A stretch of DNA of 64,000 nucleotides from a virus (taxonomy: Duplodnaviria > Caudoviricetes): the IMG/VR virus record IMGVR_UViG_3300026085_000093, positions 64,001-128,000 of that record. One strand, 5' to 3'. This document shows positions 1 through 10,055 of this stretch, piece by piece. The position numbers and the translations under genes are program-made. Numbering within the stretch: the first letter of the stretch is position 1; each line of letters opens with the position of its first letter. The notes under the pieces are model-generated. The model had not been told where the DNA came from. It searched no databases and was given only the letters and a program-made list of their open reading frames with translations.

Positions 1-13
1 CACGGCTGCATAA

Positions 14-673
14 TTGATACCAATTGTAATATCTCACGGAAGTGGAGGCATTGGTAATTGTGAGTATAAACTTAAAAAAGAATTTGAAGAATTGGGGCAC
101 GAAGTAATCTTAAATGATTACTTCACTCCTCACGGTATAAATTGCTTGTATTGGACATTAGAAGATGAACACGATGTAACACTACAAGAAATGATATACG
201 ACATACCTTTTCCTGAAGAGTGTATACACATTGGGCTTAGTTTAGGCGGCTATTTAGGATTAGTGCATTCAGAAAAGTTTGTTCGTAATCATATATTTTA
301 TCCAGGTATGCTAGGTTTTACAAAGGAAGATTTATCAAAAGATTATTCAAACACCACTGTCTACAGTGCAGAATTAGACAATTGGTGTGACAACATTACT
401 GAATTTTGCGATCAAGCAAAAAACATCAGCCACATAAGGCTTGCAAACTGTTATCACGGCTTTATGAACAAAAATAATTCATTTGAAGTTATTAAGCCAA
501 TAATTCCATTAGAAGAAGATACTAGACAAAATACATTTAACATGTCAAAAACCATACAAAAATATCCGTACAAAGAAGAAAAAATTAGGTTGCAATATTC
601 TAAAAATGCGTATATAATGTGTATGAATATGATAAAGCATGACATAAATGAAAACACTAATAATATCACATGA
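14..673 (+). CDS. alpha/beta-hydrolase (dienelactone hydrolase-like)
   Basis: SHGSGG oxyanion-type motif, G-L-S-L-G nucleophile elbow, FYPG and C-terminal YHGF. TTG start directly follows an in-frame TAA (11-13), so an upstream gene probably ends at the window edge. Confidence 0.7.
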   Translation: MIPIVISHGSGGIGNCEYKLKKEFEELGHEVILNDYFTPHGINCLYWTLEDEHDVTLQEMIYDIPFPEECIHIGLSLGGYLGLVHSEKFVRNHIFYPGMLGFTKEDLSKDYSNTTVYSAELDNWCDNITEFCDQAKNISHIRLANCYHGFMNKNNSFEVIKPIIPLEEDTRQNTFNMSKTIQKYPYKEEKIRLQYSKNAYIMCMNMIKHDINENTNNIT

Positions 674-1967
674 ACGAAGTTTAAACAAGTGCGAAGGACT
701 TGTCACGGCATTAGGAAAAAATTGTAGTATTGTAACTGATTTTGACCCTGCGCCCGATCATAAACATTTTATAGATCTACCACAAGAAGTTTTTATTTGT
801 AAAGGATTTGACATTCTCGACATTACAAAACGCTTTCATCATGTAGACAGAATTTATACTATTAGTGAAAACTTACTTCCTATTCAAGCACAACTAGAAT
901 CATTTTACGGCATTAAAAATATCAGTGCATTTGCAGCAGAAGTCTTAAGCAACAAACAGAAGTTTGACGACTTCTGTAGACAAATTGGTATGGATACATT
1001 AGTACCCAAAAGTATTACTCCTACTTTTTACAACCAACTCAAAACATTTAAAAACAAAGAAATGTTTAGTAAGCCAGACATTGGTACAGGAAGTAACGTT
1101 TTTTATCCAGGTGACGATGCAAGCAATCCTGTAATAGAATATAGAAGATGGAATAACATGCATCATTTCTTGGATCATATTAAATCTAAGAATATACACA
1201 ATGAATTTTTTGATTTTAACAGACAAGGTATACATGCACAACGTTTTAATTTTAAACCTTGTAAAATTATGTTTCAAGAATACATATGGAGTGAAGAACC
1301 TAGCATTAGTCCTTACGGCTATGTGAAAGATGGTAGAGTAAACATTGCATTCTATGTAAAAAATAGTAAGATAAAATATGGCGACAAATTAGATCATAAT
1401 AGCAATCCAATCGAAAGTCATAGTAAAAGTAAAAAAAGTGATATTGTTAGGGAACGTGCTGTATGGATTGTAACAGCAGACGAAGTTCCTGTAGACTTTC
1501 CGAAACTATGTCAATTCTTTTTACAAACTATTGTAGACAAACTAGCAATCAAGGATATGTTTTTTGCAGGTCCTGACTTTCATTTTAATAAAGGTAGAAA
1601 AGTTGCAATTGACTTTAATCCACGACCAGGACAATTTGTTAACATATTAGACAGATTGAATGATGGCAAAATTATTAGTAATATGTTGCAAGGAAAAGAA
1701 ATAAATTTACAAAAAAGATTATTGTGGGGATGTGCTGTATTAGAACCTGGAAAAGTTAAAGAGGTAAAAGACTTAGAAAATATTTCACCTTATTTGAATA
1801 AACAAAATACAGAAATAAAAAAGGGTATACGTATTCCAGAATTTCAAAATCTACAAGACAAAAATTTTAATGTAAATTTAGATATTACAGGAACAAATGA
1901 ACAAGAATTATTTGATAATTATATTTCTGTAAATAATTCATTAAGAGCAAATATATTGGTCGAGTAA
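648..1967 (+). CDS. ATP-grasp domain protein (amide ligase-like)
   Basis: SNKQKFDDFCRQIG (cf. DK..M), KPDIGTGS loop, FQEYI and DFNPRPG (cf. ExNxR). Confidence 0.75.
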   Translation: MKTLIISHERSLNKCEGLVTALGKNCSIVTDFDPAPDHKHFIDLPQEVFICKGFDILDITKRFHHVDRIYTISENLLPIQAQLESFYGIKNISAFAAEVLSNKQKFDDFCRQIGMDTLVPKSITPTFYNQLKTFKNKEMFSKPDIGTGSNVFYPGDDASNPVIEYRRWNNMHHFLDHIKSKNIHNEFFDFNRQGIHAQRFNFKPCKIMFQEYIWSEEPSISPYGYVKDGRVNIAFYVKNSKIKYGDKLDHNSNPIESHSKSKKSDIVRERAVWIVTADEVPVDFPKLCQFFLQTIVDKLAIKDMFFAGPDFHFNKGRKVAIDFNPRPGQFVNILDRLNDGKIISNMLQGKEINLQKRLLWGCAVLEPGKVKEVKDLENISPYLNKQNTEIKKGIRIPEFQNLQDKNFNVNLDITGTNEQELFDNYISVNNSLRANILVE

Positions 1968-2582
1968 AGCTTTAAAGCAGTCTGTATCAAACTTTAAACA
2001 CACTACAAGCATAATACAATCATCAACTGTGCTGAAAACAGTGTGTCTTTTATTAGCATTAAAGTAAAACAAATTACTATCATCATACTGTGGTATTGTA
2101 TCTTCATAAACAAATTTTAAAAAGTGTTTATTACAATTATGTACAAAACCAATTAATCGTATTTCATCGTAATCATATGTTGTTTTATTAATATCATAGT
2201 GTTCAGGAAAAAACCCACCTTCATCTAATTTTAAAAAATGACAGCGTCCTAGCCATGGTTTAAAAGGTTCTAAAATACTTTGTAATGTAGGACTAGCCTC
2301 ATATACAGGTGTAGGCTTATCTATGTCATGATTGGTAATATTAGTATTATATTTTTTATTATATTCTGAAAGACTATCTAAATCAGGAATACCAGAAAGT
2401 CCGCCATCTAAACTAGTAACACTTAATCCCCATCTATTGTTTGGTTTTCTAGTGTTATATGGCTTCCAATCATCTTTGAATGGTGCAATTTCTTCCATAA
2501 GTTTGTCATGATTAAAAATATCTAATTCTAACCAATCTCCCATCATAGATAATCGTTGCATTGCAATTAATTGTTCGTTCAT
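1941..2582 (-). CDS. 2OG-Fe(II) oxygenase, aspartyl/asparaginyl beta-hydroxylase-like
   Basis: FFPEHYD (HxD) and distal HTVF. Start moved from the track's 2594 to ATG 2582, which overlaps the upstream stop (ATGA). Confidence 0.7.
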   Translation of the reverse strand: MNEQLIAMQRLSMMGDWLELDIFNHDKLMEEIAPFKDDWKPYNTRKPNNRWGLSVTSLDGGLSGIPDLDSLSEYNKKYNTNITNHDIDKPTPVYEASPTLQSILEPFKPWLGRCHFLKLDEGGFFPEHYDINKTTYDYDEIRLIGFVHNCNKHFLKFVYEDTIPQYDDSNLFYFNANKRHTVFSTVDDCIMLVVCLKFDTDCFKALLDQYICS

Positions 2583-3100
2583 ATCACTTCCCAAATATTT
2601 TGCTTCGTATAGAAGACTTCTACATCTTTTTCAACTAATTTACATAATCCTTGCGGAATAAAAACTTTTTCAACAACTTTATTTGTTCTAAAACTGTTTG
2701 GACTTTTATCAACTTCGCTATTTGTTGTAAAAACTATTCTTTTAGCATCTTTGCTTTTCGCATACTCAATTTGATAAGGAAGTATATGACCCCAATTAAA
2801 ATCATTATGCATCTTTTTGATACTTCCTGGTGCTTTTCCTCTGTATTCTTTAAGTGTTGCAGTGCGCAAACAAACTCTGTAACTATCTGGTATATAATCG
2901 TCAAAAGCGTGGCAGCCGCTTATGCTAACAATTTTATTGTCAACCCAAGTACACCACCACGCTTCATCTTTCCATTTGCCGAACTTCATAGACGCCTCTG
3001 AAACATTATTTTCTAATCCTTGTTCGGCACACGACTTCATAAAGTCATATATCTCACTAGGTAGATTGTCTACATAAAGGCGTCTAATTTCGAAGTTCAT
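2579..3100 (-). CDS. GNAT-like acyltransferase
   Basis: IVSISGC strand followed by RTATLKEYRG, resembling GNAT motif A. Confidence 0.5.
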   Translation of the reverse strand: MNFEIRRLYVDNLPSEIYDFMKSCAEQGLENNVSEASMKFGKWKDEAWWCTWVDNKIVSISGCHAFDDYIPDSYRVCLRTATLKEYRGKAPGSIKKMHNDFNWGHILPYQIEYAKSKDAKRIVFTTNSEVDKSPNSFRTNKVVEKVFIPQGLCKLVEKDVEVFYTKQNIWEVI

Positions 3101-3864
3101 TGTGAAAAGTTTACTACTGCTTCTTCAAACATGGCTAGATTCTCTGGCGTGCCGCCAACATAAGTTGTTGTACCAGAAAATTTGTCTTGCCATTCTGGTG
3201 TCATAGATAGATTACCTACGATAGCACGAAGTTCTGTTGTAGTGTTGTTGTCTAACAAAACCGTGTTAATTGCATCAACAAAGCGGAAACCTAGATCACC
3301 TGCTTGGCTAAATGCAAAACATGTTGTATTGGCATCTTCTTCAATAGCAGATTGTCTAGTTGTAATAGTAAAGACTGTATCTGCATCACCTGCAAGATAC
3401 CCTTTTGTTGTACTACCGCTGCCTCCGAATGGTACCACTATAAACTTTGCACCAGTTGTTTGTTCTAGGTTACCTAAGAATTTTGCTACTGGCGCACTTC
3501 CCCATGTTGCAATTTTAACTTCTTTTCCGTTAAGATCTTCTAGTGTTGTAAATTCTCTACTACACATCATAGTTTCATATGTCATTAGAGCAACAAGTGT
3601 GTCTTCACTTACTTCTACTGATGGCATTTTAGGATCTCCAGGCCATTCACTACTCCAAATAGTAAGTGCATTGCCTTTTGCTAAATAGGTTGATGCTGTT
3701 ACAGGATTATTTGCTTGTACAAATTGATGATCAATTTTGTTTCCAATTTCAGTTAATACTTGTCTAAAAGCACCTTCTTCTGAACCTGGATTTACAATTA
3801 AAATTTCTGCGTTTGCAGATGTTGCAATAAACATTGCTGTTAGTGCTGTGATAAATTTTTTCAT
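3097..3864 (-). CDS. tctC: TctC/Bug-like periplasmic substrate-binding protein
   Basis: Signal peptide MKKFITALTAMFIATSANA; VPFGGSGSTTKGYLAGDAD resembles Bug/TctC VPYKGG...LLGG.VD; adjacent to tctA; AGGAG SD upstream. Confidence 0.65.
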   Translation of the reverse strand: MKKFITALTAMFIATSANAEILIVNPGSEEGAFRQVLTEIGNKIDHQFVQANNPVTASTYLAKGNALTIWSSEWPGDPKMPSVEVSEDTLVALMTYETMMCSREFTTLEDLNGKEVKIATWGSAPVAKFLGNLEQTTGAKFIVVPFGGSGSTTKGYLAGDADTVFTITTRQSAIEEDANTTCFAFSQAGDLGFRFVDAINTVLLDNNTTTELRAIVGNLSMTPEWQDKFSGTTTYVGGTPENLAMFEEAVVNFSQ

Positions 3865-3872
3865 TTTTTCTC

Positions 3873-5162
3873 CTAAGATAATATTATAACAGTCCTTACA
3901 AAACTTTCATAGAACAAGTCACTAAGGAAATATCCATAAATGACTGGGCTCGTATCGTAATTTCGTAGAAAATATCCTAGTACCATTGCAATCAGTATAC
4001 ATGCTATCATCCATTCGTGTATAGGAAAGATAACAACACTTATTACACTTATAGTAGTTAGGATCAATGTATTTGCATATACTCTATATTGCTTATAAAG
4101 ATACACTATTTGACCTAACAGATTAAAACCATACCAACTTAAAAGTAAACATATCAATGTCACTACAGGTATAAAGTAAAGTATAGAAGACAGTTTGTTT
4201 ACTGTGTTTTCTATATTAAATTGATAACCACTTTCTAACATCAAGTAGTATACAATTACTTCACTACCCGTAATAGGTATAGCAAGGATTAGCAAAGGCA
4301 ACAAACTAGATAATGCTCCGCTATTGTTAGCAGCCTCTGCGGCAGCAATGCTTTTAAGTACAGGCTTTTTAAAAAAGCGTTTTACAATGCCTGCACTAGC
4401 ATAACTACCAAGAATATTTGTTATGCCAGGAATAAGACCGCACCAAAATCCAATAAAGCTACCTAACAGGCTTGGACCAAATGTGCCTTTTCCTATTGCA
4501 TACTTACTTATCTTGCTAGGTTGGGAAATAGAAATGTTATGAATTTTTAGTATCTCAGGAAACAGATATAATCCAATCATTACACTTGCAAAAGGTATTC
4601 CTAAACTAAGATAAAAATTGTTAAAAACAAGAAACTGATCAAATGTAATTGGATCAATTCCTTGATGTGATATTAATCCTCCAAAACAAAACAGTAATAA
4701 TGTCAAAAGTTTATTCTGTTTTGTAAAAAATGTAATCATACATATTGCAACTAGTATTACAATTGTTTGTATAATACTGTTATAAAATTTGAATACATGC
4801 ATAATACTAGGCAAGGCAACTAAAAACAAACACATTGCAAATGCTACACCAACGGTGCTACTAATTGCGTTACTTGTTACAGCAAGGCCGCCTGCGCCTT
4901 TTTGAAACATTTTATGTCCGTATCTTGCTGTGCTAATTGCAGTAGCATCTCCGGGTATACCGTATAAGATTGCTGTAACACTATTAGTATAGTTAGTAGT
5001 AATAAGTATAGCAACATAACACGCCATAATATTAACCGCACTAGTTGACGCTAAAAACGGGTATAAGACACCAATAGCAACAAATGGACCAGCACCAGGT
5101 ACTAAACCGGCTAAAAGACCAGTTAGTAAACCGATACCACTCCAAATTCCTAATTCAATCAT
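3873..5162 (-). CDS. tctA: tripartite tricarboxylate transporter large permease TctA
   Basis: Multi-pass hydrophobic protein with GLVPGAG, AILYGIPGDATA...GHKM..KG, GLIPG and AAAEAANNSG..SSLLPLL.LAIP.TG motifs typical of TctA. Confidence 0.85.
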   Translation of the reverse strand: MIELGIWSGIGLLTGLLAGLVPGAGPFVAIGVLYPFLASTSAVNIMACYVAILITTNYTNSVTAILYGIPGDATAISTARYGHKMFQKGAGGLAVTSNAISSTVGVAFAMCLFLVALPSIMHVFKFYNSIIQTIVILVAICMITFFTKQNKLLTLLLFCFGGLISHQGIDPITFDQFLVFNNFYLSLGIPFASVMIGLYLFPEILKIHNISISQPSKISKYAIGKGTFGPSLLGSFIGFWCGLIPGITNILGSYASAGIVKRFFKKPVLKSIAAAEAANNSGALSSLLPLLILAIPITGSEVIVYYLMLESGYQFNIENTVNKLSSILYFIPVVTLICLLLSWYGFNLLGQIVYLYKQYRVYANTLILTTISVISVVIFPIHEWMIACILIAMVLGYFLRNYDTSPVIYGYFLSDLFYESFVRTVIILS

Positions 5163-6114
5163 TAACTATTATTTTTCTATCAACTACGCTGTTTGGTGTA
5201 ATCATTTCTTTATCGTTGTTGCTAATTTTACAACACATTTCTCTGCATACTTCAGGACATTTACCCCAAGTTAACAAGTTACTAAAGTTTAAAAATTTAT
5301 CTTTAATACTATCTAAACCTTCTGATATGTGTCCTAGAGAACTTATGTCGTTATCTATCCAACAACAAGGATAATAGTTACCTTGAGAATTTATATAATG
5401 CATATCGCCAGTATAACAGAAGGGTGCTAATTCGTCAAGTGTTTCTCTTTTTACATAGTCGAACCATTCTGGATTATAATAGTCTTTAATTTGACCATTA
5501 TTCGACATGTCATCATGTATAGTCCAACTTTTTTTAATTTTAAATTCATTCATGCCTATTTTTTTACTTAAGGCTATTGCTTCTTCAACTTGATGATGAT
5601 TGTGTTCAAAAACAATATACTTCCATCTAATCTGACATTTGCGTTTAGTAGTTGCTATAAGTTCAAAAAGTTCTTGTATTTTGTTCCAATTGCTGTTAAC
5701 TCGGTATATGCTATTAGTGTCTTGCAGTCCATCGATGCTAAGTTCAACAATACTAGACTCGGGCCATGTTTCTAGTACTCTTTGCCAAAACTCTTTTGTT
5801 TGCATACCGTTTGTTGTAACTTGCAATTCATTTGCCGAGAAAAAATGTTCTGAAATTTTGTGGAAATCAGGATGATATATAGGATCTCCTAAATTGCCTT
5901 GAAAAAATATGTAATCATATTTTTCAGGATTGGGCAAAAAATTTAGTAGCAAATCACTATCAATGTCTGACTTAGAACCAGGCCCGTGCATAGTTCTAAT
6001 ACATGCAGGACATGCTAATGGACATCTGTTGGTTAGTTCAATGTGCCAGCCTGTATATTTAAACTCGTCCAAAGGCCCATCTACGTTCATAACACCACCA
6101 ACATTCTGTTTCAC
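5155..6114 (-). CDS. radical SAM protein with C-terminal SPASM/twitch domain
   Basis: CPLACPAC (CxxxCxxC), GNLGDP, SIDG, C-terminal FC...YPCCW...C..VC..MC. True start possibly ATG 6090. Confidence 0.9.
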   Translation of the reverse strand: MKQNVGGVMNVDGPLDEFKYTGWHIELTNRCPLACPACIRTMHGPGSKSDIDSDLLLNFLPNPEKYDYIFFQGNLGDPIYHPDFHKISEHFFSANELQVTTNGMQTKEFWQRVLETWPESSIVELSIDGLQDTNSIYRVNSNWNKIQELFELIATTKRKCQIRWKYIVFEHNHHQVEEAIALSKKIGMNEFKIKKSWTIHDDMSNNGQIKDYYNPEWFDYVKRETLDELAPFCYTGDMHYINSQGNYYPCCWIDNDISSLGHISEGLDSIKDKFLNFSNLLTWGKCPEVCREMCCKISNNDKEMITPNSVVDRKIIVND

Positions 6115-6802
6115 AATGATCTTCGAAATCGTTTAGTGCAGGACCATTTCTATTTTCACAAGACCTTGTAATGTCAAATAATTCCATAATATCATAGTGA
6201 TGATATAATTCTGCTACTTTCCTTTTATCATGACTAATAAAAGGTCTTACCATAGGAAACTTTTCGTCTTTTCCTCTCCAACTAGACCAATGGACTGCGT
6301 TTTCAGGTTCGTCTCTTTCTGCTGCCCTTGTATTCCAATCAGCATTAGAGATATCATCAGGATGTCCATCAAAATCAAACTCTATAGGTCTTGTGTATTT
6401 AGGATTACAAGGCCAAAAGTTTTTTCCTTCTTCTTCGGGAGGATTTGCTGTAATGCCTGCAAATGTAATATCAATATCTCTGTTTAAAATTAAATTCCTA
6501 ACAAGTTCTTCTTGTTTAGAATTATATTCTTCATATCTGCATACAGCACAATGTGTATCTTTGATTTCAATATTAGGATATCTATTTCGCATCCATTCAA
6601 TTACTCTTCTGGCAAATTTTATATTGTACGGTTTAACATCTGCTGTAGCAGTGATTGGTTGAATATATTCAATATCTATATTCTCATCAGTTATTTTTTT
6701 ACAAATCATATAAAGAATCATTGCACTGTCAGGTCCACCTGACAATTTTATACCAATTCGTTTAGTTCCATGTAAATCTATTGTAACTCCTTTTTCAATC
6801 AT
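6059..6802 (-). CDS. QueC-like PP-loop ATPase (adenine nucleotide alpha-hydrolase)
   Basis: IGIKLSGGPDSA PP-loop; C-terminal TRSC...HCETECWWCYER resembles the QueC Zn site. Confidence 0.7.
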   Translation of the reverse strand: MIEKGVTIDLHGTKRIGIKLSGGPDSAMILYMICKKITDENIDIEYIQPITATADVKPYNIKFARRVIEWMRNRYPNIEIKDTHCAVCRYEEYNSKQEELVRNLILNRDIDITFAGITANPPEEEGKNFWPCNPKYTRPIEFDFDGHPDDISNADWNTRAAERDEPENAVHWSSWRGKDEKFPMVRPFISHDKRKVAELYHHYDIMELFDITRSCENRNGPALNDFEDHCETECWWCYERRWAFGRV

Positions 6803-6821
6803 AACTTCTCCTATACACTAA

Positions 6822-7928
6822 TTAGTTTTTGTATTCATAAATCCACTCAAACCTGGGCTCTACATCTAAAAGGTGTTGTCCTCTAATATTGTCTAATGTT
6901 GTTGTGTAAGAATACAAATTGTGTAACAGTTCGTATTGTTTGTCTATGCTTATACTAAATAAATCAACTGCACTAGTTGCAAAATATTTTTTCCAATGAG
7001 AATAGTTTGTAGTTTCTAATATTTTTTGTTTTATATGTAAAGGTGTAATCAACGGATTTAGATACATAGGATCAAGAACTTGATGTCCAAGATCAATAGC
7101 GTGTTCTATTTTACTCTGCAAACTATCAAAATTATAGATACCATAAATGTTTGCAGTATAAATCCATCCAATTTCATTTGCATTAGGAAACGTTTTGTAA
7201 GATTTCCAATTATATAATGATTCTTCAAATGTAAATTTTCCGCCTCTAATGTATTGATACATCTCTCCATCAGATTCTACTGAAAAGAAAATATTGAGTT
7301 TATCAAATTTAGCAAACAATTTCTTTTCATCTTTGGTCAATCTATGTGTACCATTAGTGATAATCTGTAATGTTACGTTATGCTTGTTTGGAATACATTC
7401 TATAAACTCAAAGAATCTTGGATGCATAAAAGGTTCACCGCCTTTGATAATAACATACCTTAAAAAATCTAAACTAGATACAAATTTTATCATATCGCCA
7501 TCTATATTATCAAGAATCTTATTATTATCAAAATCGTCTAATGTAAAATTAACTTTATCTTTGAGTTGTCTATCTATTATCCAACTAGACGACTGTCCAG
7601 GATTACACATTCTACATTTGAGATTGCATAGATTGCCTATATCAATATCTAAAAATTCTATATCAAAATTTACCTGTTGACTGAACCAATCGTAATGATA
7701 TAAACGTCTACTTTGTTCGTTTCTCACTTCTCTATTTGTACAAGAAATGCACCCTTTCGGAACATGTTGATCAAAATCTTTTATAGCATTTGTTCTGTCA
7801 ACATTCAAAGAGTTGTAGTCAGTAAATTTTCCAAACTTATAAGTGCTATGGCCGCAAGGATTTAGGTTGCCTGTAGAATCTACAGATAGACCTTTATAAG
7901 CAAACCAGCAACTAGGTTTAGATTCCAA
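6822..7928 (-). CDS. radical SAM protein with N-terminal twitch-like domain
   Basis: CNLKCRMC, GGEP, N-terminal C...PCG...CxxC...SRR. The track starts at 8030; TTG 7928 avoids a long overlap with the upstream gene. Confidence 0.9.
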   Translation of the reverse strand: MESKPSCWFAYKGLSVDSTGNLNPCGHSTYKFGKFTDYNSLNVDRTNAIKDFDQHVPKGCISCTNREVRNEQSRRLYHYDWFSQQVNFDIEFLDIDIGNLCNLKCRMCNPGQSSSWIIDRQLKDKVNFTLDDFDNNKILDNIDGDMIKFVSSLDFLRYVIIKGGEPFMHPRFFEFIECIPNKHNVTLQIITNGTHRLTKDEKKLFAKFDKLNIFFSVESDGEMYQYIRGGKFTFEESLYNWKSYKTFPNANEIGWIYTANIYGIYNFDSLQSKIEHAIDLGHQVLDPMYLNPLITPLHIKQKILETTNYSHWKKYFATSAVDLFSISIDKQYELLHNLYSYTTTLDNIRGQHLLDVEPRFEWIYEYKN

Positions 7929-8577
7929 CAAACTCTTTATACCTTTGCGTAACTTTACCTGTAATTTTTGCAATGTTTCTAGGCCATGGTCCAGTGTTAG
8001 CAGTGCTATGTGGTATGTTTGCCCAATCAAACCAAATTACATCTCCTGCATGCCAAGGTGGTACGTAGGTATTACCAAATTGAATAATATGTCCAGGTGC
8101 CCAATCATCAAGCATTACAAAGCATCTACCCCATTCATCGTCTGTTGCTCTACTACTTGTTTGATCTGTACGTTCTTTTCGTAAACCAGTTAAACTATCT
8201 ATATGCAAGTGTAGCATCATTCCTGTATGTTGAGTTTGAATGTTTGTTTGTGCATTTTCTAAACCAATTTGTTCGGCTAAACTGTTTAGTATTGGTGTTT
8301 CATCCGTTGTTGTCCACTGCCTGTATACAACAAAGTCTAGGGGTATCCCCCAATCCTTGCAAAGCAATTCTTCATAGTCATAATTAAAACTGTCACCTTC
8401 TGGAGACACAGGTGAAGGCCAATAAAAGTCATATTGATTAGCATTTGCAATAGGTATTTCATCTTTCCATGTAGGTTCAATATTTCCTACAGTTCTAAAG
8501 CTTTTGCCATGGTCGCTTTCTCTGAACGGATTGAAATCATAATTGCTTTGCTTAACTGTAACATCCCATCTGTTCAT
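7918..8577 (-). CDS. 2OG-Fe(II) oxygenase-like protein
   Basis: HLHIDS (HxD) and IPHSTAN; paralog of 8574-9146. Confidence 0.7.
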   Translation of the reverse strand: MNRWDVTVKQSNYDFNPFRESDHGKSFRTVGNIEPTWKDEIPIANANQYDFYWPSPVSPEGDSFNYDYEELLCKDWGIPLDFVVYRQWTTTDETPILNSLAEQIGLENAQTNIQTQHTGMMLHLHIDSLTGLRKERTDQTSSRATDDEWGRCFVMLDDWAPGHIIQFGNTYVPPWHAGDVIWFDWANIPHSTANTGPWPRNIAKITGKVTQRYKEFVGI

Positions 8578-9146
8578 TTTATTAATTCCATAAATTTATC
8601 ATTTACTCCATTTTTTGCAGTAATTTTAGCGATAGTTCTTGAATAAGGACTTAAATTAGCAGTGCTGTGTGGAGTCTCTGAAGCAGGCCAGTATAGAACG
8701 TCTCCTGCTGTCCAGTTATGTAAAACAGTATTACCAAATTGTAAAATTTGCCCCCAATACCAATCTTGTAACATAACTATTACTCTAACAAGTTCTTTAT
8801 AGGCAAAATCTATATGTAGAGGAACATTCATACCTGTTGTTTGTGTTTGAATGGTCGTTACATATCCATCATTAAACCCTAATTGTTTTCCTATATATGC
8901 AAGATTAGGAAAAAAGAAATCATCTTCTATTGTATAGTTCATATACAAAATTTGTCCTTGTTCGATATGACCCTCATATCCTTCGCCTTCTGCTATGATA
9001 GGAGTTTGCATCGGTATAATCTGTTTTATTTCATTGATGTATGCATTACCTCCTACATTCTTAATAATTCTAACATCTTTTGTATCATCTATACTAGGAT
9101 TCCAATGATAGTCGGACTGAGATTTTAAATATTCCCACCTATCCAT
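8574..9146 (-). CDS. 2OG-Fe(II) oxygenase-like protein
   Basis: PLHIDF and TPHSTAN; N-terminus MDRWE..QSDYHWNP matches the neighbour's MNRWD..QSNYDFNP. Start at ATG 9146 has a GGAG SD. Confidence 0.7.
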   Translation of the reverse strand: MDRWEYLKSQSDYHWNPSIDDTKDVRIIKNVGGNAYINEIKQIIPMQTPIIAEGEGYEGHIEQGQILYMNYTIEDDFFFPNLAYIGKQLGFNDGYVTTIQTQTTGMNVPLHIDFAYKELVRVIVMLQDWYWGQILQFGNTVLHNWTAGDVLYWPASETPHSTANLSPYSRTIAKITAKNGVNDKFMELIK

Positions 9147-10053
9147 GAGACATCTCCACAAATATTCTATACATAGGCGGTCTATATAAATTACAATGAT
9201 CGTAATCCACTTTATCTATAGACAATCCTACATGTTTAGCAAGTGTTTCTACTGCATGTTCAGTCCAATTGAAATACCAAGTATATTTCCAATCGCGATC
9301 ATAAAAATAAAAAGCACTATTACGTTGAGCATGATCCATGTCTCCGTGTATCCAAGTGTGCGCATAAAGATGATCGGGCTGAAATACTTTATAATAGTGA
9401 TGTACGTGCGACCACAAAAGTAACCCGCCCGGTGCCAAACATTCTTTGAGTTTTTTGAAGTTTCTAAATTGTTCATCGTAAGTATACCAATTCTGTGGGC
9501 CAAAGCAAATGATTATATCCCAAGTTTTACCTTCAGTAATAAAATCACTTTGCTTGGACAAAATATCTGCTTCTTCTCTATACGGATCAACTCCAGTAAC
9601 ATTATTTAAATGTTTTTTGTATTCGTTAACTCCGCAACCCATATCTAAAATTGTTAAATTAGGATTTTCTTTTTGCATAGCCTGTAATCTGTCTACAAGT
9701 GCTTGTCCTCTAATATTCCATTTGTTTGTAATAGGTTTTTCGTCAACATCATATATAGTTCCTACTACACCCGTTGTGCTTGTACCATTTTCGCCAACAA
9801 AATAATTGTGTTGATACTGCTTATCAATTTCTTTTACAAAATCTTGCATACGTTTACCAAACCATTGATCAACTTTTCCTAAATGGATAGGATAATGCAT
9901 ATCACGAACAGTCATTGAAAATTCTTGTTCACAAGCATCAATAAATTCTTGTGTAAACGGCAATTGGCATATTGGAGATTCTGGTGCTATGTTCCAATAA
10001 AACATTTCTTGCACTTTATCCCAAATTAATTTATTAAGAGGGTTGTTATACAT
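9139..10053 (-). CDS. class I SAM-dependent methyltransferase
   Basis: ILDMGCG motif I, GVDP motif II, LAPGGLL. Confidence 0.8.
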   Translation of the reverse strand: MYNNPLNKLIWDKVQEMFYWNIAPESPICQLPFTQEFIDACEQEFSMTVRDMHYPIHLGKVDQWFGKRMQDFVKEIDKQYQHNYFVGENGTSTTGVVGTIYDVDEKPITNKWNIRGQALVDRLQAMQKENPNLTILDMGCGVNEYKKHLNNVTGVDPYREEADILSKQSDFITEGKTWDIIICFGPQNWYTYDEQFRNFKKLKECLAPGGLLLWSHVHHYYKVFQPDHLYAHTWIHGDMDHAQRNSAFYFYDRDWKYTWYFNWTEHAVETLAKHVGLSIDKVDYDHCNLYRPPMYRIFVEMSHG

Positions 10054-10055
10054 GT

